Of a stretch of DNA of 64,000 nucleotides, positions 29,450 through 37,890 are shown piece after piece. Each line of letters begins with the position of its first letter. Within the stretch, counting starts at the first letter, position 1. The DNA is from a bacterium (GTDB lineage Bacteria > UBP6 > UBA1177 > JAKLFG01): assembly GCA_022711315.1 (NCBI GenBank), contig JAKLFG010000001.1:15886-79885 (forward strand). The letters are read 5' to 3'. Made by a program: the position numbers and the translations under genes. The notes under the pieces are model-generated. The model saw only the letters and a list, made by a program, of their open reading frames with translations. It did not search any database and was not told the origin of the DNA.

Positions 29450-29644
29450 CTAAAGGAGCGTCAGCGCGCAACCACCTTCGTCACCGCCGGTTTTGTCACT
29501 GTCGGCATTCAGCAGATCGGTGACTTGCGTATCGACGTCGTTAGCATCGTAACTTTCGTCAACCCAGTTGTCCGGATCGCTGATCGGATTGGCATACGCC
29601 GCGAGACCGAACAGGGCAAGCAGAAGGAACAGAAGTCTTTTCAT
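29450..29644 (-). CDS. Small exported acidic protein with C-terminal GGC tail
   Basis: SD GGGAGGG. Signal peptide MKRLLFLLLALFGLAAYA. The body is D/N/E-rich. It ends ...GGDEGGCALTLL. Confidence 0.55.
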   Translation of the reverse strand: MKRLLFLLLALFGLAAYANPISDPDNWVDESYDANDVDTQVTDLLNADSDKTGGDEGGCALTLL

Positions 29645-29654
29645 GGCACCCTCC

Positions 29655-30251
29655 CTAATCGATGATCGTCAGTGAACAGCCGCCTTTCTTTGAATCGTTG
29701 TCGGTAATCGCACTAGTATCCTGATACTCTTCTTTCTGGCTCTCGGCTATGGCGTTTTCCAGAGAACCGTCGCAACCTATCAAACTATCAAGAACATGAC
29801 TATATCTATAGTCATCATGAGAGATCACTTCTCCCTTTTCACCGCACTCCTCACCATGCGAAACAAATGTGCAACCGCAGTTCCCCCCATACATACCGGG
29901 TCTGGCAGACGGCGCGTAAAAAAGATATATCCCCGGAGCGGTACATTCGGTCCCCATCGTTGAAATGAGACCATTGTTCGAGGAAAGTTTCCGCATCTCC
30001 CTGACCATTCCATCGGCTGTGTAGGAAACCTCGAATATTTCGTAAAGCGAAGCGGCGTAATAATCGCATTCGGTGCTTCCATATTCTTCGCCATCGTCGA
30101 CCACATAGGTCTCATTTGCTGCTTGTATCCCCATGTCCACCTGAGGATCGAGACTTTTCGGCTCAACCAAAAATCCGGTGCGTGGACAGACATCGGCCCA
30201 GAGTGTCAGACAGAAGAAAAGCGGAACAAGGATCGCGACGAGCCTTTTCAT
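29655..30251 (-). CDS. Exported Cys-containing protein with C-terminal GGC tail
   Basis: A purine-rich SD precedes the ATG at 30251. Signal peptide MKRLVAILVPLFFCLTLWA. It ends ...DSKKGGCSLTIID. It lies in the lower-GC patch. Confidence 0.6.
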   Translation of the reverse strand: MKRLVAILVPLFFCLTLWADVCPRTGFLVEPKSLDPQVDMGIQAANETYVVDDGEEYGSTECDYYAASLYEIFEVSYTADGMVREMRKLSSNNGLISTMGTECTAPGIYLFYAPSARPGMYGGNCGCTFVSHGEECGEKGEVISHDDYRYSHVLDSLIGCDGSLENAIAESQKEEYQDTSAITDNDSKKGGCSLTIID

Positions 30252-30328
30252 GGTACACCCCCTTCCCTCAAAAATGACAACGCAGTATAACCGGCACGCA
30301 AAAAAGAGTCAAATATCAGCGGCAAAGA

Positions 30329-30943
30329 TCAACGATAATCGTTGGGGTCAATACAGGATTCGTAAAGAGTGCGTTCTATTTTTATCCAGTCGGTCCCGTT
30401 GATACCGCGCCTATTCCGTGACGCGGGGCCGAACGGAAAGGCGGAGGCGATCTTAATCCACCGGCTTTGTTCGTCCGATATCGCCCGCACTTCGTCGGCC
30501 ACTTCGGAAAGATCCTGATCTTGACTGAAAATAAGCGCCACATCGAACATCGCCTGACGTGCCAACCGGACAATGTCAAGCGCGATACGGACATCGACAC
30601 CCTTCTCCTGCCCGACAAGAACCGTGGTTTTACGACCATCGGGTAAGGAGACTTCCTGATTACGATATCTCAACTGCCTTTTGAAAACAACGATCCCCTG
30701 CTGTTCCATGAAAAGCAATTTTTTAGTCCAGAAAGCATGACGTGAATCTGACACATCGGGAATGCCGGTGTAAAAATGAACCGTCTCTAACGACCATCCC
30801 TTTTCTGAACAGATAGCCTGCGACAACCGTAGCGGATCATAATTGGGGTAACTCCAGCCAAAAGATTCTTTCGCTGCTCGAAACAAGTTCTGACCGTCAA
30901 AAAAGGCTGCAACTCTTTTTTCTTTAGGTTCTATTTTCGACAA
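30329..30943 (-). CDS. NYN (LabA-like, PIN-related) domain protein
   Basis: VAAFFDGQNLF...EKGVDVRIALDIV...ALIFSQDQDL is the NYN acidic-residue pattern. The apparent start is TTG at 30943 behind AGAGGT. Confidence 0.75.
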   Translation of the reverse strand: MSKIEPKEKRVAAFFDGQNLFRAAKESFGWSYPNYDPLRLSQAICSEKGWSLETVHFYTGIPDVSDSRHAFWTKKLLFMEQQGIVVFKRQLRYRNQEVSLPDGRKTTVLVGQEKGVDVRIALDIVRLARQAMFDVALIFSQDQDLSEVADEVRAISDEQSRWIKIASAFPFGPASRNRRGINGTDWIKIERTLYESCIDPNDYR

Positions 30944-30949
30944 TCCATA

Positions 30950-30998
30950 CCTCTAAAAGCATAACCCCGCTGGGAGCCTTTCGGCTAATCCAGCGGGG
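30950..30998 (-). terminator. Probable terminator downstream of the helicase gene
   Basis: 9-bp perfect stem CCCCGCTGG / CCAGCGGGG (30965-30973 and 30990-30998) with a 16-nt loop. On the minus strand it is followed by TTATGCTTTTAG. The large loop lowers confidence. Confidence 0.5.
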
Positions 30999-31058
30999 AG
31001 CAATTAAGTTCATATTGCCTTAGAGCGAAACTTTTGTCAACAAGACAAAGAAATATTT

Positions 31059-32540
31059 TTATCCGACGCGCGGCAGTCCGTCCCGTTTCTGTTTGCCGAA
31101 GGGGCGGTCGTCCTTGGGGCGTGGGCCGTGCGGACGCGGGCGCCGGTCGTCGCGCCGCCGCTCCGGTCCCTGCACCGGTTTCGGTTCCGGTTTCGGCTCG
31201 GGCTTCGGTTCGGACCGGGGCTGTTCCTTTTTCGGCTCGTGGCGTGGCTGATCGCGCTTGGATTCCTTCTTCGGCTCGTGGCGCGGTCGCTGTTGCCGTT
31301 CACGACGCGGCTCGCGTTCGTTCCTTTTTTCGGGGCGGCGTTCAGGCCGCCGTTCCTCGCGACGCGGCTCCATGTTCGTCAGCGGCACGGTCGAGCGGTA
31401 GGGATGGTCCTCGACCACCGGCAGGGCGCGCCCGATGAGTTTCTGTATATCGCGAAGATACGCCCGTTCATCGGCGTCGCAGAAGGTCAGCGCGATGCCC
31501 GACAGCCCGGCGCGGCCGGTGCGGCCGATGCGGTGGACATAGGTCTCGGGGACCTCGGGTATGTCGAAGTTGATGACATGCGACAGTTCGTTGATATCGA
31601 TGCCGCGCGCCGCGATATCGGTCGCGACGAGCACCCGGGTGTGGCCGCTCTTGAAATCGCCGAGCGCCCGTTGGCGGGCGTTCTGTGACTTGTTGCCGTG
31701 GATCGCCTGCGCGTTGACGCCGGCCCGTTGGAGGTCCTTGACGACGCGGTCGGCCCCGTGTTTGGTGCGCGTAAAAACGAGCGCCGACACGACCGCCTCA
31801 TCTTTCAGGATATGGGCGAGCAGGTGCCGTTTGTCGTTCTTCTCGACGAAGTAGACCGACTGCTCGATCACCTCGACCGGGGTCGCCTGCGGGGTCACCT
31901 CGACGCGCGACGGGTTGATGAGATAGGCCGACGCGAGCGACACGATATCGGGCGGCATGGTCGCCGAGAACAGGAGCGTCTGCCGTTTCTTGGGCAGCTT
32001 GTCCATGATCTTGCGGATGTCGTGGATGAAGCCCATGTCGAGCATCCGGTCGGCCTCGTCGAGGACGAAGATGCTGACCGTCTCCAGTTTGATGTAGCCC
32101 TGCCCGATGAGGTCGAGCAGGCGGCCCGGCGTCGCGATGAGCACATCGACGCCGCGTTTGAGTGCGTCGGTCTGCGGCAGTTGGCCCACCCCGCCGTAGA
32201 TGACGGTGTTGCGGATGCCGGTGTGGCGTCCGTAGGCGGAGAAACTCTCCCCTATCTGGATCGCCAGTTCGCGGGTCGGGGTGCATATGAGCGCCTTGAT
32301 GACGCGGCGACCCCGTTCATGGCCCCCCTCAATGGAGAGGCGCTGGAGAATGGGGATGGCGAACGCAGCGGTCTTGCCGGTGCCGGTCTGGGCGATGCCG
32401 AAGAGGTCCTTCCCATCAAGCACCACCGGGATGGCGCGCGATTGGATGGGGGTCGGGGTCTCGTAGCCCTCCTCAGCGACCGCCTTGCGGATCTGAGGAA
32501 TGAGGTTCAAATTATCGAACGAATTCGATGTCATGGTCAT
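31059..32540 (-). CDS. DEAD-box ATP-dependent RNA helicase (RhlE-like) with basic repeat tail
   Basis: Q motif and [16 protein letters not shown] (VLDEADRM), [13 protein letters not shown]. The C-terminal R/E/K/P tail carries PRHEPKKE x2 and (EPKP)n. I chose the ATG at 32540; 32555 is a TTG. Confidence 0.93.
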   Translation of the reverse strand: MTMTSNSFDNLNLIPQIRKAVAEEGYETPTPIQSRAIPVVLDGKDLFGIAQTGTGKTAAFAIPILQRLSIEGGHERGRRVIKALICTPTRELAIQIGESFSAYGRHTGIRNTVIYGGVGQLPQTDALKRGVDVLIATPGRLLDLIGQGYIKLETVSIFVLDEADRMLDMGFIHDIRKIMDKLPKKRQTLLFSATMPPDIVSLASAYLINPSRVEVTPQATPVEVIEQSVYFVEKNDKRHLLAHILKDEAVVSALVFTRTKHGADRVVKDLQRAGVNAQAIHGNKSQNARQRALGDFKSGHTRVLVATDIAARGIDINELSHVINFDIPEVPETYVHRIGRTGRAGLSGIALTFCDADERAYLRDIQKLIGRALPVVEDHPYRSTVPLTNMEPRREERRPERRPEKRNEREPRRERQQRPRHEPKKESKRDQPRHEPKKEQPRSEPKPEPKPEPKPVQGPERRRDDRRPRPHGPRPKDDRPFGKQKRDGLPRVG

Positions 32541-32670
32541 GTAACAATACTCCAAAAATCGTTTTTCAAATCACCGATCGGTATGGACAGATACTGCAGA
32601 CGGGATGCAGAAGCGTCGAACGATCACGGGCCCTTTATAGCAGAAAACGGAGAAAAAGCAAGGGATATTT

Positions 32671-33774
32671 TTATTCCCCCACCCAGAGGTTGAGCCCGCG
32701 GACGACCAGCGTCGAGACCTCGTTGCCGGCGTCGTGCCGCACATATTCGTAGGTGATGACGGTCCCCTGCATGTCTCCCAATGCCACTCCGTTGAAGGAA
32801 TACCATCTGAGGTAACTTCCCTCATAGCCGAATCCGACACCCATCGGGAGCGTCGGCGGGAGCGAGAGGGTGTACTGCAACTCGGCGTAGTCCGATTCGG
32901 GAAGATCGCTCTCATAGAACCTGACGGTGAGCGTCACCGAACTGTTCCCGTTGAACTGCTCGGTGAAGGTATCGGTCGTCCAGAATTCGCGAATGTCGGT
33001 CGGCGAAACGACGATCCGCAGATAGCCATCGGGCGTTTCGGCATTGTCGGCGTAGAAGTAGCGGACCATCGAATCGTCGGGACCGGTGCACTCCCCGTCG
33101 TGTTTGACCGGGACATCGTTCATCCACGCGGTGCATTCGTCGCCGTAATCGCGCAGGTCGCAACCGCAGACCGGCGCCGGTTCTTCCGGCTTGGGGCAGT
33201 CGGTCGGCTGCGGACGGCAGACGCCGAACCCCATGTTGCAGACGCCCATCTTCTTCTCGCAGAACTCGTTCTCTCCGCACTCGTCGTTTCGGAAACAGAG
33301 GACATCGCCCGCGCATTCACCTGCATGCGCTATCACCGCACCGCTCGCGGCGGCCCAGCACTCGTTGCTGTAGGTGTAGTCGTCACAGCCACACTGCGGG
33401 ACGACGGCGCGCGTCATAAAACAGTCGGTCGGCCGGCCATTGCATTTTCCCGCGATCGCCTCGCTGCACGAGCCGAGCGGTTTGGCGCAGAACTCATCCT
33501 CGCCGCACTGGTCGTTGGTCGCGCAATCGGCGCCCGCCATGTCGGTGTCGGGCATTTCGTCGACGATATCGTCGGTGACCGGGTTGTCGGTGATCATATC
33601 GTCGGACTGATCGGTCAGATCCGACTGATCGGTCTGATCGGCCTGATCATCGTCCACGACCGCCGCAGTGTCGCCATCGGTGGCCACCGTATCGACATCG
33701 CTCTTGTTCGCCGTCGTGTTTTCGCACGCCGCGAAGAGCAGAACCGCGAAAAACCCAATAAAAAGAGGTCGCAT
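32671..33774 (-). CDS. Lipoprotein with acidic tether and two Kazal-like Cys-rich domains
   Basis: ATG at 33774 behind GGGAGGAG. Lipobox LLFAAC. Two repeats end in Kazal-type cores: PQCGCDDYTYSNEC...AHAGEC and PVCGCDLRDYGDEC...KHDGEC. The C-terminal ~130 aa are unassigned. Confidence 0.75.
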   Translation of the reverse strand: MRPLFIGFFAVLLFAACENTTANKSDVDTVATDGDTAAVVDDDQADQTDQSDLTDQSDDMITDNPVTDDIVDEMPDTDMAGADCATNDQCGEDEFCAKPLGSCSEAIAGKCNGRPTDCFMTRAVVPQCGCDDYTYSNECWAAASGAVIAHAGECAGDVLCFRNDECGENEFCEKKMGVCNMGFGVCRPQPTDCPKPEEPAPVCGCDLRDYGDECTAWMNDVPVKHDGECTGPDDSMVRYFYADNAETPDGYLRIVVSPTDIREFWTTDTFTEQFNGNSSVTLTVRFYESDLPESDYAELQYTLSLPPTLPMGVGFGYEGSYLRWYSFNGVALGDMQGTVITYEYVRHDAGNEVSTLVVRGLNLWVGE

Positions 33775-33838
33775 GGTATCTCCTCCCGCAAAGATGATGC
33801 CCTTTAGTGTTTCACGGTACCCTATTTTATTGGTGCCG

Positions 33839-35206
33839 TCAACCGGAAAGATCATCCAGCCGGATGCCGGATCGTTTTTCGGCGGATCGGATATCGCCTC
33901 CGTCGGCATAGGCGGCGAGGAACGCGGCGCCCTGCGCGGCATCCATCCGGTCGAAGGCGACCTGCAGAAGCGACTCGCGCCACGAGAACCATTCGACCGG
34001 CATGCGCGGCATGAGTTCGCCGATCCCGCGCATCGCCGCCGAACGGAACCGCTCGTACTCCTTCTTCGGCATCAGTTGTTTTTTGTGGAAGGGCGTCCCC
34101 GGCTTGGGACAGAAGGGCGATACCGAAAGCGAGAGCGGCACGGTAAGTTTGCGCTTCTTGAGTTCGGTGAAGAAGGCGATGAGTTCCTGCGCCTCGGCGA
34201 CGCTATCACCACCCGGCAATCCCGCCATGAGATAGAGTTTCACCTTGAAGCGATGTTCCTTGGCGATGGCGAACGCGGCGAAGAGTGCATCGTCGGTAAG
34301 CGGTTTGCCAATGCGCGTCCGTGTCGCCGCCACCATGCTTTCGGGAGCGAGCGTCACCGTCTTCACCCCGGCCGCCGCGAGCCGTGATGCCCGCTCCGGC
34401 GTGAAACCGGCGATACGGACCGACGAGAGCGACACGGTGCGCCCCGCCGCTATCGCGCGGTCCAGAAGGTCGTCGAAGTAGGAGACGCTCTCAAGCCCGG
34501 TACCGAGGAGCGCGATGTCCTCGCCGCGTTTGAACGCCCCCTCCGCCGCGTGGGTGATGCGGTGGCGGTCGGCCTCGCGACTCTCGCCGTAAAGGTGTCG
34601 CGCCGCGCAGAAGAAACAGTTCCCGACACAGCCGCGGTCTATCTCAAGCACCGTGCGACCGCCGAATTCGTTCCCCTCCTTCGCAAGGTCGGGGTGGCTG
34701 CTCACCGCGAAGGAACCGGCCGACGCCTGTATGATGGTCGTTTTTTTACCGGGCTTCGCGGCATAACCGATCCCGGCGACGAGTTCCCGTATCGCGGCGG
34801 GATCATCGAGCAGCGCCGTCAGATCGCCGTGCATCGGCTCGGCCTCGCCGCAGAGTACCGCGTCGCAGATGTCGAGGAGCGGTCGGGGGTTCAGCGACGC
34901 GGCGACACCCCCCGCGATGATACGCGGGAACTTCCCGGCGGACCGGTCCTTTTTAAGTATGGGTATGCCGTGAAGATGCAGGTACCTCGCGAAGTTCAGG
35001 TAGGAGGGTTCGTAGGAGAGCCCGACGAAGATGACCGCGAACTCGCCGGGCCGGCGCCGGTCGAGGAGCGAACGCTCCTCCCCCTCGAACAGCAGGTCGA
35101 GGCCGTGGCTGTCGCGAAAGGCGTTCAGGAAATAATGAGGGGCGAGATTGGAGAGCGCGACGCGGCGTGGCGCGGGGAACAGGTATGCGGCGACCGCGCG
35201 CCTCAC
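33839..35206 (-). CDS. Radical SAM protein (B12-binding-like N-domain, TIGR03960-like class)
   Basis: CVGNCFFC is the CxxxCxxC cluster motif. The N-terminal ...GLSYEPSYLNFARYLHLHGIPILKKDR...IIAGGVAASLNP resembles the uncharacterised rSAM family. The GTG start overlaps the ftsZ stop. Confidence 0.85.
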   Translation of the reverse strand: MRRAVAAYLFPAPRRVALSNLAPHYFLNAFRDSHGLDLLFEGEERSLLDRRRPGEFAVIFVGLSYEPSYLNFARYLHLHGIPILKKDRSAGKFPRIIAGGVAASLNPRPLLDICDAVLCGEAEPMHGDLTALLDDPAAIRELVAGIGYAAKPGKKTTIIQASAGSFAVSSHPDLAKEGNEFGGRTVLEIDRGCVGNCFFCAARHLYGESREADRHRITHAAEGAFKRGEDIALLGTGLESVSYFDDLLDRAIAAGRTVSLSSVRIAGFTPERASRLAAAGVKTVTLAPESMVAATRTRIGKPLTDDALFAAFAIAKEHRFKVKLYLMAGLPGGDSVAEAQELIAFFTELKKRKLTVPLSLSVSPFCPKPGTPFHKKQLMPKKEYERFRSAAMRGIGELMPRMPVEWFSWRESLLQVAFDRMDAAQGAAFLAAYADGGDIRSAEKRSGIRLDDLSG

Positions 35207-36630
35207 TCTTCGTTCTTGGTGGCGGCGGCGCCGGTGAAGGTCTGCAGGACCGTCTGCCGCTCATCCTGCCGGCGCGGCGGCGCTGGCGGCCGAGGCGCGG
35301 GCGGCTCGCCGTTCTTCTGGCGCCCTGTCAGGCGGGGCCGCATATAGGCGGGTATCTCCTTGTTGTTGGGGTCGATCGGCGTTTCGTCGGGCAGGTGGAC
35401 GAGTATCTTCTCCGAATAATCGACGCGTACCGGTCGTTCCTTCTCGCGGAACACCCCTTTCACCTCGGGGACCGACTGACGGGCGACCGCGGCGGCGGGT
35501 ATCGCGAGCGGCGGCGGCTCCACCGGCGCCGGGGGCGCCTTCGCTTCCTGCGGTGCGGCCGCCGGGGCGTTCGCCATGTCGAGGAGCGAGACCTGAGAAT
35601 TCTTCGTGACATTGCGCAACGCCGTATCGGCGGGACGCGCGGCGGCGGTCGCCGGCGCCGGCGTGGCCTCGGCGATCACGAGCACCTGTATCTTATCGGC
35701 CGTTTCGTCTATCGCCGCCCCCCAGATAAGGTTGGCCTCATCGTGCAACTGGCCTTCGAGGTACTTCGCCGCCTCGTCGAGTTCGCAGAGCGCGATCTGC
35801 ATGCCGCCTATGTGAAGCAGGGCGCGCCGCGCCCCCTTTATCGAGACATCGGACATGAGCGGGTTGCCGAGCGCCTCCTTTATAGCATTGACCGCGGCGT
35901 TCTCGCCGGCCGCCGAGCCGATGCCGATCATGGCGGTCCCCATGCCGCGCATCGTGTGGCAGAGATCGGCGAAGTCTATATTGATGAGCGATTTCTTGGC
36001 GATGATGGTGGATACCGACCGCACCGCGCTGATGAGCACCTCGTCGGACCGGCGGAAACTGTCGATGACGCCGAGCCGTTCGCCGCCCGTCGCAAGCAGT
36101 TTCTCGTTCGGGATGACGACGAGCGCGTCGACCTGTTCGCGCAGGCGGTCGAGCCCCTCCTGCGCCACCTTCATCTTGTGTTTTCCTTCGAACCGGAACG
36201 GCGTGGTGACGACCCCGACGACGAGCGCACCCTCCGAACGGGCCACCTCGGCGATGATGGGCGAAGCGCCGGTGCCGGTGCCTCCCCCCATGCCGGCGGT
36301 GATGAACAGCAGTTCTATCCCGTCGACGGTGTTCGCTATATCGACGCGGTTCTCCTCCGCCGATTCGCGGCCGACCTCGGGGCAGGAACCGGCGCCGCGC
36401 CCTTTGGTCTTGTTGACGCCGAGTTGCACGCGCCGCGCCGCGCCCGACGCGCCGAGGTCCTGCGCGTCGGTGTTCGCCGCGATGAGCGTCACCTCGCTGA
36501 AAACGCTTTCGCCTCCCTCGCGGGCGAGACGGTCGCGCTCGTCAACGATGCGATTGATGGCGTTGCCGCCGGCGCCGCCGACGCCGATGACGCCTATCCT
36601 GACGAGCGGCATGCTTTTCGTCTGTTCCAT
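35203..36630 (-). CDS. ftsZ: Cell division GTPase FtsZ
   Basis: GVGGAGGNAINR and GGGTGTGASP (T4 loop). There is a Pro/Ala-rich linker. The conserved C-terminal peptide EIPAYMR is followed by 44 extra residues. Confidence 0.96.
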   Translation of the reverse strand: MEQTKSMPLVRIGVIGVGGAGGNAINRIVDERDRLAREGGESVFSEVTLIAANTDAQDLGASGAARRVQLGVNKTKGRGAGSCPEVGRESAEENRVDIANTVDGIELLFITAGMGGGTGTGASPIIAEVARSEGALVVGVVTTPFRFEGKHKMKVAQEGLDRLREQVDALVVIPNEKLLATGGERLGVIDSFRRSDEVLISAVRSVSTIIAKKSLINIDFADLCHTMRGMGTAMIGIGSAAGENAAVNAIKEALGNPLMSDVSIKGARRALLHIGGMQIALCELDEAAKYLEGQLHDEANLIWGAAIDETADKIQVLVIAEATPAPATAAARPADTALRNVTKNSQVSLLDMANAPAAAPQEAKAPPAPVEPPPLAIPAAAVARQSVPEVKGVFREKERPVRVDYSEKILVHLPDETPIDPNNKEIPAYMRPRLTGRQKNGEPPAPRPPAPPRRQDERQTVLQTFTGAAATKNEE

Positions 36631-36648
36631 GACCGTCCTCCCGTTACG

Positions 36649-37878
36649 CTATTGAAAGAATTTTTCCATGACCCTGCCAAGCCAGCCGAACACGCCGCCG
36701 CGTGACGACCCGTTCTTGGCGCCGCCCCGGCGCCCGTGGTAGTAGGCCATGCCGACCGCCGACGCGAACGATGGGTCGCGCAGCAGTTCGGCGAAGCCCA
36801 TGCCGTCGTCGCTGATGGCGGGTCGCCCGATGCGGACCGGCAGGCCGAGCACATCCTCGGCGATGTTCTTGATGTACCGCAGGTTCGCCGTACCGCCGGT
36901 CAGCACGATGCCCGACGAGATGAAACTGTCCTTGATGTCCTCGTTTATCTTCTTGCGGATGTTGACCATGATCTCTTCGACGCGCGGCGTGATGACCTCG
37001 GCGACGAACTGCGCCTTGATGATCTTCTTTTCCTCGTCGCCGATGCAGGAAACCTCGATCTCCTCGTCGGGGCTGACCGATTTCGGCTCGGCGCACCCGA
37101 ACCGGCATTTGACCCGCTCCGCCTCAGCGGGCGGCATACGCAGGGCGATGGAGATGTCGCGGGTGATGTAGCGGCCGCCCATCGGCACCACGGCGGTGTA
37201 GACGAGCGCTCCCTGTTTGTACACGACGATGTCGGCGGTGCCGTCACCGATGTCCACGAGCGCGACGCCGAGTTGTTTTTCGTCCTCCTGCAGGACCGAT
37301 TCGGCCGACGCGATACCGTTCACGACGATCTCGTCGACCTGCAGGCCGGCGTCGGTCACGCTCCGCACGAGGTTCTGTATCATCGCGACCGAGGCGGTCA
37401 CCACATGGGTCTTGACCTCCAGCCGCCTGCCCGCCATGCCGCGCGGGTTCTTGATGCCGCTCTGTTCGTCCACCACGAATTCGCCCATCTCGGTGCCGAC
37501 GATGCGCCGTTCGCCCGACAGACTGATGTTCTTCGACTGCTCCACCACGCGGTCGATGTCCGACTGCGCCACCTCGCGGCCCCGCACGGTGAAGACGCCG
37601 TGGCTGTTCATCGAGTTGATATGCTCGCCCGACAGCCCGAGCAGGACCGACCGGATGCGCACATCGCAGATCTTGTCGGCCTCGGTGACCGACTCGTTGA
37701 TGGCGCGCGTGGTCGCCTCCATGTTGACGACATTGCCGTTTATCATGCCGTCGGGGTTGCGCGCCACCCCTTTCCCGATGAACTGGATCCTGCCGGCGGC
37801 GTTCCGGCTCGCCACGAGCGTCGTGACCTTGCTCGTTCCGACATCCAGCGCGGTGATGATGCTTTCGTTCTTCGACAT
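36649..37878 (-). CDS. ftsA: Cell division protein FtsA
   Basis: Actin-fold motifs ALDVGTSKV and DIGDGTADI, plus dcw position. Confidence 0.94.
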   Translation of the reverse strand: MSKNESIITALDVGTSKVTTLVASRNAAGRIQFIGKGVARNPDGMINGNVVNMEATTRAINESVTEADKICDVRIRSVLLGLSGEHINSMNSHGVFTVRGREVAQSDIDRVVEQSKNISLSGERRIVGTEMGEFVVDEQSGIKNPRGMAGRRLEVKTHVVTASVAMIQNLVRSVTDAGLQVDEIVVNGIASAESVLQEDEKQLGVALVDIGDGTADIVVYKQGALVYTAVVPMGGRYITRDISIALRMPPAEAERVKCRFGCAEPKSVSPDEEIEVSCIGDEEKKIIKAQFVAEVITPRVEEIMVNIRKKINEDIKDSFISSGIVLTGGTANLRYIKNIAEDVLGLPVRIGRPAISDDGMGFAELLRDPSFASAVGMAYYHGRRGGAKNGSSRGGVFGWLGRVMEKFFQ

Positions 37879-37890
37879 CGCTATCCCTCG

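Noticed and set aside
29641-29656. TGGCAC on the plus strand as a second sigma-54 promoter.
   Set aside because: There is no GC element at the correct -12 spacing (TGGCACcctccCTAAT). It also overlaps the start codon and SD of a minus-strand gene, with no plus-strand gene downstream.
31059-31330. Tandem short DNA repeats (12-bp GGTTTCGGTTCC-like units and a ~45-bp duplication).
   Set aside because: They lie within the helicase ORF and encode its (EPKP)n / PRHEPKKE basic tail. This is a low-complexity protein region, not a regulatory repeat.
33775-33942. An N-terminal extension of the Kazal-like lipoprotein ORF. Similar extensions occur at 1622..1735, 53685..53732, 55026..55148, 61884..61931, 28903..28914 and 23764..23775.
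   Set aside because: Internal ATGs are preceded by strong SD sequences and immediately followed by signal peptides or lipoboxes. The extensions overlap upstream genes or lack coding character.
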